A DNA stretch of 64,000 nt, taken from assembly GCA_003345545.1 (NCBI GenBank), contig PRDH01000026.1, positions 64,001 through 128,000 on the forward strand. Direction: 5' to 3'. This DNA comes from Candidatus Thorarchaeota archaeon (GTDB taxonomy: Archaea; Asgardarchaeota; Thorarchaeia; Thorarchaeales; Thorarchaeaceae). Shown in pieces: positions 10,001 to 18,700 of the stretch. The first letter of the stretch is position 1, and the number at the start of each line of letters is the position of its first letter. The notes below the pieces were generated by a model. The model saw only the letters and a list, made by a program, of their open reading frames with translations, was not told the origin of the DNA and did not search any database. The position numbers and the translations under genes are program-made.

Positions 10001-12744
10001 TTGTCCTACCTGAGGGAGTTACATACTATCTTGGCGATATGGTCTACGCCAACATTAGCTACACTGCTATTGCCTTTGGTACTGGAGTGGCCGGAGCTGC
10101 TATCACGACTGACTGGTTCACACGGTATGGGACCGGCAGTAGCATTGTGGAAATAGCACCTGGCATATACCAGATGTCAATCAATACATCTGGACTCAAT
10201 GCTCAGCTATATCGATTCATTGTAAATGCAAGCAAATACCTCCATTTGAGTCAGAGTATTGAGGCGGACATTCTTCTTGCAGCTGTGCCTGTCTTGTTGG
10301 AACTTGTCTTCACTCCTCAGAATCCCATGTGGGGTGATAGTGTGGCGTTCCAGGCAAATGTAACAGATGCAAGGACAGGTGCCCCGGTTGTCGGAGCATA
10401 TGTCAACCTGACCATTGGTCTGTTAGTATTTGATATGACGCCAGTTGCCGATGGTCTGTATAACTGCACAGTTCTCACTTCTTCATTGACCTCAGGTGAG
10501 TACACAATCGAGGTACAGTCGTCTCTACTTAACTACGAGACCGCGCAGCGAGATTTCCAGATCCGCATTGAAAAAATCGCCGCAAAGATTTTTGCGTCCA
10601 TCGATCCAATCTCTGCTGTTAATGGCCAGACGGTCATTGTCCATGTCGATTACCTCGAGTACGCAACCGGTCTTCCAATCTCCGTGGATGGAGTGGTTGA
10701 ATTCTCATGGATCGGTGGCAGCGGCTTCATTGGCTGGTCAGCTGGCGATGACAAATATGTTGGTTCCTTTATCGTGACTGGAGCTGCCGTTGGTAACCAC
10801 CATATTCTCATCCAGGCCTCCTCCCCTAACTACAAGAGCGTCAGTACTGTGGTAACAATTGAAATCACAGAGATAAACACGCAACTCGTCCCGATATCAA
10901 ACACAGTTATCTCCGGCAACTACAGAGATATTGTCAATATCACCGTGTATCTGAACAATACTGATCTCAATCTACCAGTTGATGGCGCTACTCTCAGTTT
11001 TGGAGTGGGCTCTATCGTTGGCAATCTCATAGAGTTGACAGCTCCAGGCTACTACAGTGCTTTAGTGGATACATCGTTCCTGAGTGTGCAAGAATGGACC
11101 GTGTCTATATCTAGTGTCAAACCTGGATTCACTCCATCTCAATTCGACTTCACGCTGACAGTTGAACAGATCGAGACTACGATTGTGATTCTCACTAGTG
11201 GTACAGTTTCAGGCTACTACGGTGAGATCGTGACATTCAACTTCTTGTTCAATGATACTCATGCTAACGAAGGAATATCCGGCGCAATCACGAACTACAC
11301 TTTAGAACAGACACATGGATCGCTTGTGGACAATGGAGATGGAACCTACAGTCTGACTCTGAACACTTCTATTGCATCCGCTGGAGCGATACCGCACGAC
11401 ATATCTTTGACTTTCAGGAAAGAGAACTACCGCTTCGCCTATGGACTCGCCAAGCTTCTCGTGATGCCCGTCCCCACACAAATCGAAGGTCCTCTTGAAG
11501 CTGAGTATCCAATATATGACAACTATTCAATGCTTTTCAGTTTCAGGGACACACTTAATGATGCTTGGGTCACTGATGCAGTTGCAACAGCAGTATGGGA
11601 ATTCGGCACTGCGACTCTGACGAATCTCGGAAATGGTTCGTACATGTTTGGTCCTCATGAAGCGAATCTGTCGACACCTCTTCAGTACAGAGAACTCTCC
11701 TACAGGATCAGGATATCACTCTCAAGAGCAAACTATACCAGGATGGAGATTGAGCATTATTTGACCATTCGTAGAATCCTGACAGAGACGGTCTCTGCTG
11801 CGCCAACCTCAGCTATCTATGTTGGAGATGTGTTCCTTGTCAATGTCACTTTTTGGGACGCCGACCATGGCATAATGATCACTGATGCTATCATCAATGT
11901 TATCACTAGCAGCCAGGTTGATAACGGACTCATCCATGAAATTAATTTGGACATCAACTGGGGTAATGGGACCTATACGATTGCTCTCCGTGCACCTAAC
12001 TTGGCGTTCTATAGCCTCCGCATTGATTTCAGTAAGGCGGACTATCAGACTTCGTCAGTGGAGCTCGATATCTACGCTAGGCTAAGTCCCGAACAGGAAG
12101 CACTTGCGAGGGGCTTCGAGTACTCAGCAATTGGAATACTTGCGCTCGCGGCTCTCGCAACCCTGTACATCAAGGTGCTGTCGGTTCCAAAGCTGCTTCG
12201 GACTCTTAGACGGATGGTGGCAGTTCTTGGTAGAGGCCGCATACCAAAACCCGCCAATGTTCCAGTACGACGTAACATGCTGCTGGCGATGATGAAAGAG
12301 GAGCTTGCAGGTGTGGCGGTCGTGAAGACCATTGAGGATATTTCAGTTTCGACAGTTGATGTAGCTGCTATGGATGTCGAGGCTCTGCTTGAGGACCTTG
12401 CAACAGTTGTTGGTCTGACAGCGAGCGATGTTGACACTCTTAGGAGAGATCTTGACCAGATGAGGCCGAGTGAACGTGCTGGCTTCATCAATGAAGTCTT
12501 GAAGCAAGAACGTGCTAGACGGGCAAAGGAGCTTGCCGAAACCGAGGGTGTCACACCCGAGAAACGCCCAAGCACCGAAGTTGAGGAGAAGCTCTCTGAT
12601 GAGGAGCTCAAACACCTCAAGGAGCGATTGATGAAGATGGGAATTGCGGAAACTGAAGCAGATCTTATGGTCGAACAGGCGCGTAATTTGTCTAGGGCCG
12701 AGATAGATGCACTACTTCGTGAAATAGGAGGCTCAGAAGAATGA
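4045..12744 (+). CDS. Giant single-pass surface protein A: signal peptide, NHL propeller, many Ig-like beta repeats, TM helix, ~190-aa cytoplasmic tail
   Basis: N-terminal hydrophobic signal; NHL repeats; recurring ~100-aa beta-rich units (Y.D...I.GA...GNG.Y.L.L.T); many N-x-S/T sequons; TM SAIGILALAALATLYI; charged helical tail. Confidence 0.9.
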   Translation: MRTKRTVGLILVILPLILGIMILPPGWAIDSKRGLDSETVVLDNGQKIVVAPDEVLMKYIISDLPTSMAGTGDPLIASEYGTRIDSFIEQRMVYYPSGSITTANLSVPLGEQWEGYGVYGDISSITENRSWLVNQGFSTDATWSFETRYEEGDFSGNNRMHYFTQTGTNVGTWGTRGTGTSQFIDPWGVAIDSSGNIYVADAFNNRIQVFTNTGSFIRQWGSYGIGNGQFDRPTGVAVNTTGYVYVVDQGNDRVQVFSSTGVYQRQFGTSGIDNGEFRSPTGIAIRNSLGYVYVTDTGNDRVQYFNWNGVRQGGWGSTGTGNSQFQMPTGIAVDQGTGQVAIADSTNNRVQRFTAAGTYSGQFGSLGGGNTNFRTPMGVAINSTTGRIYVNDLGNHRISYFSNAGAYQGQWGTDGTGTSNLRFNYGIAVSPTGNVYVSEGSGTERMDANWLSNGHGTGNPSSIFQIDGYWHDDQTTDLYGFWYNPGDKAFARQDLVIERGEVTWAGISLDYYADCRGWGTYMTGFFELFVSVGDPDHGGSYLWSKQFDDINDDNIWYSTGLIPIDYSDLSLPNVEILAGLRVTDSEWYRASDIRPEGRLDNMVLYIKAKATPDNINLQMNGVDVDNVYSGPTPVFGLGTASYAPSFPWTYGNAYANFSWTPDDNPPDPNLEISVYIDVDVKVYARRYNAVTVNDTELFSYGDNYVVQNSTTVEWTTNHYVAVPGGYEDEFFYNVSIPLNRDITFVSEPTQRYSNLTNSWYLGDPGDGAVNISVYELGLSEPNGFWMIRGVSPNMVTNLHVWDNVLGQWVQTKTFRADENTRFRAVLPSAYQGDLVTFTIYDSHGEVWDTLTATVDVSGYAISNYVNLDAVSARVGSWEVQAFVDDHDSGIEVHNIGFFRRGFSIDHSTQLSVKYPVEGRLTWAVNVTYGALVFLQIRVNDSDNGDLLAAGVMLYSGGFGSGTVSDLGTGEYSVTLNTNLLPSNGVYEVDLSWTKANYDSLFDTFTVYVVYETELLSSDAPGIDVASGNTAELHVYFQDMFTNPVVGAAVVCNWTQGYTVTPDGSGNYLLRLDTTGVTLNLYRVSITASKNYYQSRSIILSVEVRELHTSAIPSTSFLSLPVGYTTSFTITYRDTDLQVPITGAANTISCNWSAIHSAGDQNYTVTGTATPGVYQVLIYSMDDDALDSYDLLFRVERYGAQNHTFFVTVELRTHLTSLYLDNSVEPTPYTGNITVNLVYYDVDANTGIVNGTTLGGYVELIITSSTLPYPTFWIAGISPDGLYAIHIPANQWPDVGQITLSFEVNWIGVNLKYSNLTLSTSALITAAPTDLFIGESPVITPYGEEISFSIIYFDIGADTGVVNATGPYSGNVHLFIEVLTIGETLTQYDMTILEIDYTARPGEYRITFDSSLLSGLGAVELKIWLNWTYAELPYYQNQVIVVTVYSAHRLTTVDWTPLPLTPYDELVNLTFTFTDSLSGAPISNSPQLSIAVPAYPSFNIYYLGDITGVFIVEIDTSLLSIGSQTFYLDVIWTGSPYYQNRTGVQIFISVRERYTDLTHGTYSPIQIGNTLHLNFTYRDLDDYTSLGMNGATLLLDSWLAGSYTVDDLGNGMYTLHLDTTAFSTIGTKIVNVTILYGGSRNCADAYDIFYLTLTIRRTQLTSDLPDLAPYLTEAVIVIHYTDDTTDTGIVGATATAACAAAIQTLQLNVNYWVDDNLDGSYSVRILTTALGNFGPYTITITVTWDLGWPFYQERVRDVDIEVSRRPATVTVSKSPLNTPFLSNVTFEIVVTDQLDSTGITLSKSNLILTHGIGGTLISNDQYSMAGSNGIYVISINSLVLSSDLEEDYPIFILFVWGDLTPYYANASSSTEVSIVARFTQVAVLQTPPGYYYFNVSALLRFSDYLTGAPIAGATVSVACTNTSSFDYWVVDNSDGTYTILVDSNSLAGLGRYFFQANFTWSGSPFYRDVIGVKFSISVNPVSTTLNFVLPEGVTYYLGDMVYANISYTAIAFGTGVAGAAITTDWFTRYGTGSSIVEIAPGIYQMSINTSGLNAQLYRFIVNASKYLHLSQSIEADILLAAVPVLLELVFTPQNPMWGDSVAFQANVTDARTGAPVVGAYVNLTIGLLVFDMTPVADGLYNCTVLTSSLTSGEYTIEVQSSLLNYETAQRDFQIRIEKIAAKIFASIDPISAVNGQTVIVHVDYLEYATGLPISVDGVVEFSWIGGSGFIGWSAGDDKYVGSFIVTGAAVGNHHILIQASSPNYKSVSTVVTIEITEINTQLVPISNTVISGNYRDIVNITVYLNNTDLNLPVDGATLSFGVGSIVGNLIELTAPGYYSALVDTSFLSVQEWTVSISSVKPGFTPSQFDFTLTVEQIETTIVILTSGTVSGYYGEIVTFNFLFNDTHANEGISGAITNYTLEQTHGSLVDNGDGTYSLTLNTSIASAGAIPHDISLTFRKENYRFAYGLAKLLVMPVPTQIEGPLEAEYPIYDNYSMLFSFRDTLNDAWVTDAVATAVWEFGTATLTNLGNGSYMFGPHEANLSTPLQYRELSYRIRISLSRANYTRMEIEHYLTIRRILTETVSAAPTSAIYVGDVFLVNVTFWDADHGIMITDAIINVITSSQVDNGLIHEINLDINWGNGTYTIALRAPNLAFYSLRIDFSKADYQTSSVELDIYARLSPEQEALARGFEYSAIGILALAALATLYIKVLSVPKLLRTLRRMVAVLGRGRIPKPANVPVRRNMLLAMMKEELAGVAVVKTIEDISVSTVDVAAMDVEALLEDLATVVGLTASDVDTLRRDLDQMRPSERAGFINEVLKQERARRAKELAETEGVTPEKRPSTEVEEKLSDEELKHLKERLMKMGIAETEADLMVEQARNLSRAEIDALLREIGGSEE
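4522..5370 (+). repeat. NHL repeat array (about 6 blades) within giant protein A
   Basis: Tandem ~47-aa units: QFIDPWGVAID, QFDRPTGVAVN, EFRSPTGIAIR, QFQMPTGIAVD, NFRTPMGVAIN, NLRFNYGIAVS. Confidence 0.9.
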
Positions 12745-15700
12745 AGAACACCAGGCGATTGGTTCCAATTATCCTCCTCGTAGCACTGATGATAGCGCCT
12801 CTCTTCCTTACTCCGCAGGCATCAATTGCTGTAGCTACTCCCAACCTTGATGCAGACACATCTAGCGATGTTCGTATAGTCGATATTGGGAATGGTGAAT
12901 TCATTGAGTTGGCACCCGATGAGGAGCTGCATAGGTTCGTTCTCTCAGACCAAGGCTGGACTGAATGGACCGGCTTCAGCGACCCTCTCAACGGCTCCGA
13001 ATTCGGAAATAGCACCAACATCTTCCTTGACAGACAAATGACGTATATTCCAGGTTCTGGCACAAGTTCTGTTCAAACCGGTATTTCCATGGGCGTTGGC
13101 TGGGAATCATACGAAACCAGAGTCCAGATTACTAGCCTGACTGAGAATAGAACATGGATAACGAATCCAGGATTCCAGGATAGTGAGAGTGGCTGGACAG
13201 TATCAAACACAGACCTTGGTTCTTCCAGCACGACTACATCTTCATGGCTTAATGATGGGCATGGAGTGAATGATGATTGCATACAGGTTGATATAAACTC
13301 TGTAGGCTCCGTTCCACCCTACTACTACGATGATGGTGATATTTCTGCATATGAGCAAGCGACAACAGTGACTCGTGGCGCGGTCGTTTGGTCAGCCCTT
13401 CGTCTAGATTATTGGGCAGATACAGTGGATGATACTCATTACGGGATGACTGGCTCATTCCGACTTTTCACGAATGTTGAGGGCACTGACATCTGGAGAA
13501 GAGTATTCACTGATATCGGAGCTGAAGAAACATGGTACAACACAGGTCTTGTTACTGTCATCCCCTCGATATTCGGGCTACCAGGCGATGCAACGGTAAC
13601 CACGCGAATCGGTCTGGAATCACTTGTTGCTGTGGGTTATGACCCGAATATTCATCCTCGGGCAAGGTTTGATAACGTCGAGCTCTTTCTCAAGACTCTG
13701 GTCAATCCAAGTGAGATTACCCTTCGAATGAATGGCCTGACAGTGAGCGATGGCGCATCACGAGGGATCTGCGCGATAACGCAAATTCCGGCTACTCCAT
13801 GGACAACATCGCCCGTGCTGCTCACATTCTCATGGACTCCGATTCCTTCACCACCAAATCCAAACAAAGTAGTCAGAATTGACTTCAACGTGAACGTGAA
13901 TATGTTCGCGCGACGCTATGATGTTTCCAGTCTTTATGAGATCGGTCCCACCTCATATGGTGAGAGATTCATCGTAAGAAATGGAACGAACGCCGAGTTC
14001 ACTTCTTATTTCAGAGCCGATATACCCACGGGGTATGCAAATCGCTATTTCTTCAACGAAACAATACCAATGGAACGTGATATCTATTCTGTTGCGCAAC
14101 CACTTGCTCCAGCAACAAATCTCACGAGCGGATGGACTGGAGGGAATCCAGGAGATGGTTTCTTCAACGTATCAACCTATGATATCACCAATGAGCCTGG
14201 AAGATTCGGTTACTGGAGAATCCTAAGCAGTTCTCCCAACATGATTTCTGACCTGGAATTATGGAATCCCGACATAAGTGGTTGGGCGCGGACGGTCGAC
14301 CTGAGAGCAGGAGATACGACGAGAGTACGCGCGGATGTCGGAGCTGAGTTCGCTGGATCGACTGTCACAATCACAATATACAAACCAGACGATTCTGTGT
14401 GGTTAACCTTGAGCCCGATAGTTGATGGAGCAGGTTATGCTACATCTACGACGTTCGCCCTCGATGGCTCTTCTGCTCCTGCTGGCAGCTGGATGGTTCA
14501 GGCGACTACAAACAACGTAGGAGCTGATGGCGAGTGGACTTCAGTCGGTCTATTCAAGAGACCTTTCACAATCACACATGCCTCTGATATCACCCTGACA
14601 TACCCAGCGGATGCTGTGGGAACGATGTTGACCAATGTGACTTTTGGAGATCTCTTGCTGATCATCCTGGAAGTCGAGGACACCGACAGCTATTCACCCA
14701 CAGTCCTTGTTCCAGGAGGCACGCTGACTCTTGACTGGGTCTTGGGTAGTGATACGTTCGATGACAATAGAAATGGTCAATACACCAAAGTCATCGATAC
14801 AGCACTTCTTCCTGGCAGTGGCAATTATGTGATGGGTCTGGACTGGACTCACCCCAACTTCGATGCTTCCAATACTGCGCTTACGATAAATGTGAACTAC
14901 GCTGCCACATTGACCTCTCCAGATTATCCAGGTATCTCTGGTCCTGTTGGTGATGACCAGTCATTCATAGCAATATTCGCGAATGTGAATGGAACCGGAA
15001 TCACAGAGGGAGAGCTATGGTGTGATTGGTCCAATCCTTACACAGTAGTCCCACTGGGAACTGGCCAGTTCGAATTTCAGCTGGACATGGAAGATATCCC
15101 CATTGGTGAATATCCGATTCATGTCTACGCAACGGGCCCCTTCATTGAGCCGCAAACAATGCTGATGTACGTGGGAGCAAGAGAGATCTATAGTTCTATC
15201 ACGTACACCTCTAGCCAGCTGTCGATACCGCTTGGTGAAGCATCTTCATTCCTTCTAACATGGACCGATACTGACCATGGAACACTGATCGCAGGTTCCG
15301 CCTCATCTATAACCTGCAACTGGACATCGTTCCATACATCAGGCGATACGAACTACACGGTCGTCGAGGTTTCGCCAGGAAAGTACAACATAAGTATCTT
15401 CACAAAATCCAGTGATCCTCTGACAGGATCGGATTTCTTTGACGTACGTTTCAATGTAATGAAGGATGACTATCAGAATCACACCTTTGATATCGCTGTT
15501 GAGATTCGGAAGAGGAACACTCTCTTTGTCTTGGATGCACCGATTGTACAGACTCCCTATGGAAGTCCAATAACTGTTCTTGTCTTCTACCAAGATACAG
15601 ACCTTCGAGTTGGCATTGGAAACGTCACAGGAGAAGTGAGACTAACCATCACTTCATCAGAATTGGGAGGCATAGTATATACAACTGCAGCATCCTCTCT

Positions 15701-18700
15701 GGGTCTTGGACATTACAACATCACCATCCCGAGCGACCAGTGGGGGAGCATTGGGTGGAAAGACCTGCACCTTCTTATTGAGTGGAGCGGAGTTGTTGAC
15801 AAGTTCTATAGTCAAACGATAGACACCAGCGCAAGAATAACTGGTACTGATACTGATTTGTATCTTGAACTCGCACCGACTGCTACCTACTACTTGAACA
15901 CCTTCAACTTCACGGTGATTTATTGGGACACCGTAGGCCTGCTGAGGATTAGCAATAGCACGAACAACGTGTTTCTACACATCATGGCACTTGGTGCGGG
16001 CAATTCAGTGACTCAGAGCGATTTCACAGTGACTGAATCTGCATCGGTCCCTGGTACGTACATTTTCGTTCTTGGCAGTTCGCTATTCTCGAGTACAGAT
16101 ACATTTCGATTTGAGTTGTCCTTCATGTGGAAGAAAGGACAGAGTCCTCTCTATGAGAATGGAACTATGGTCGTTTCGCTCATTCTGTTGGATAGGCCTA
16201 CATATGTTGACTATACACCTGTCGCTTCGACTCCCTATGGCGAACAAGCTGAATTTCTCTTCAGCTTTGTTGATACTCTGACTTCAGTGAAGATCGCAAA
16301 TTCATCTCAATTGTACATAGACTTGAATGATTTAGGTGTAATATTCACTTACTCGTATAATCCAGTTACTAAGGAGTTCACATTGTACATAGATACTGCA
16401 TCGATTGGCAGCATAGGACCTCATGATCTTCACCTGAATGTGACTTGGATTGGAGCACCATTCTATGCTTCTATTCAAAGCAAGATATTCTCTGTCAGCG
16501 TGATCACAAGAGCGACGCAGCTCTCTCACCTATCCTTTAGCCCTGGGCAGTGGGGCAACAACATCACAATTGTCTTCATCTATACAGACATAGTAGCAGG
16601 CTCTACTACTGGCATGACTGGTACATTGACACTGAATATCGCAGCGGACAAGTATAGTGTGGTTTACAGTCCAGAGGGACGATTCATTGTTACCTTGAAC
16701 ACGACGGCCTTTCTTGGAGATGGAGAGTATTCTGTAACGGCAGTTGTTGTCCATACGTTTGCGTATTATGCTAACGCAACCGAGATATTCGATATTTCGG
16801 TACTCAAACGGTCTACGCAACTTGGCTATGACAGCCCGGATCCTGCACCGTATGCATCGAATGCTACACTTTATGTAACCTATGTCGATGACAGTACGGG
16901 AAGAGGTATTCCAGGAGCTAGCATTGCTATCTCCGGAAACAGTACCTATGCACTCGTCCTGAATTCCAATTATTGGTTCACGTACATAGGAAATGGTCGC
17001 TATCTCATCGAAGTCGATACGGCCGCTCTTGGCGCGCCAGGCTATTACCTCCTCACTGTTTCAGTCACATTTACAGGAGAACCGTTCTATCTTCCTGGCT
17101 CGAGAGATGTATTGACAAGGGTCACTTTGAGAACAACTCAGATTCTGATAACCCAGACTCCCGGAAGCGTTTCCTTCCTTGAAAATGTGGTCTTCAGATT
17201 CAAGTTCACTGATTACTTGCTGGGCACCAAGATTGCGATTACTAAGAGCCACATCACTCTCACACACGGCGAATACCCCTACACAGAGATTGCATCCGGA
17301 AGTTACTTCCTCTATGAGTATGCAACGTACTACGAGATAGTATTCAACTCAACCATTGTCAGTCCCGACACTCTCGTCACTGGACACCCTATTCAAATGA
17401 CAATCGATCTGGGTTCTGGCGTCCCCTATTATGCGCCTAGAAGTACTTCAACAACTGTATCGACAGTTGAGCGACCAACGCAGATTCTGTTTCCACTTGT
17501 GGAAGACACTCCCTACTTTGATAATATCACCATAGAGCTCAGTTACGTCGATTACTTGACAGGAGCCGGCATTGACGGCGCGAACCTGCTGATAGCAAGT
17601 GGTAACTGGTCGTCGCCTCAATACACGTTGTTCCGCGAGGGCGATGGCACCTACAGAATCCTCATCAATAGTAGCGTATTTGGAAACACTGGAACTGTCT
17701 TCTTTGACATCACTCTCAGCAAGTCAGGTGCACCGTTCTACTCAACCAGGGCTACCCTCGGTGTTCCAGCAACCATTAGGGAGGTACAGACCTCTCTCGT
17801 CGCGGACGCTCCTCCTGCTGGTTCCACAGCTGTGGGAGCACCTATCGAGGTCCTGCTTACGCTAGTTGATTTTGACCATGACTTGCCCCTATCAAATGCA
17901 GTCATCACCAGTGACTGGACGGCACTCTTTGGCAGGAGCTATACAGTGGTAGAACTGGGGAATGGTGCCTACACAATCACCCTCACCACAACTGGACTGC
18001 TTGCACAGAGGTATGACTTTCACGTCTATGGTGACAAACCGTTCTATCAGACTGCAGTGGCAGGAGTATTTGTTCAACCCGGTGCAGCCACAGTCGAGAT
18101 ATTCTTGGAGAGGAGCACCTACTACGCAGATTGGGGCGAACTAGTCAATATCACATTTCAAGTTCGGGAACCCTATTACAGCACGCCTGTCACTGGCATG
18201 ACTGCATCTCTTCTTTGGCAAGGCATGCTCTATGGCTTCAGCGAGGTCGGCAATGGCTATTACACGCTGTTGCTTGATTCGTCAGATACTAACTTTGGCG
18301 TCTATGCTCCGCAGATATCTGTCACGAAGCAGTACTATCAACCAAGGCAGACAACATTCAATCTCATAGTGTCAAAAGCTACAGGACAGATCATTCCTGA
18401 CTTTTCGAGTTATCAGGTTGTGATTGACACTTCAATAGACATCCAGCTGTTTCTGAATGACACTGTTTCTGGAATGCCTGTGACCACGGCGACAGTGACA
18501 ATGGAGTTCAATAGTACAGTCTATCTGCTCACTCATCTCGGTGCAGGTGTCTATTCTGGTGACTTGCTTGTATCCGGTTTTGCGATTGGGCAATATCCAC
18601 TCACAATCAGAGCTATCTCTCTCAATCATATGTTCCTGGAAACCATCGTTGGCATCAACGTTGTCCCAATTTACACCGAAGTGAAGTTGGTGAGTGGCGC

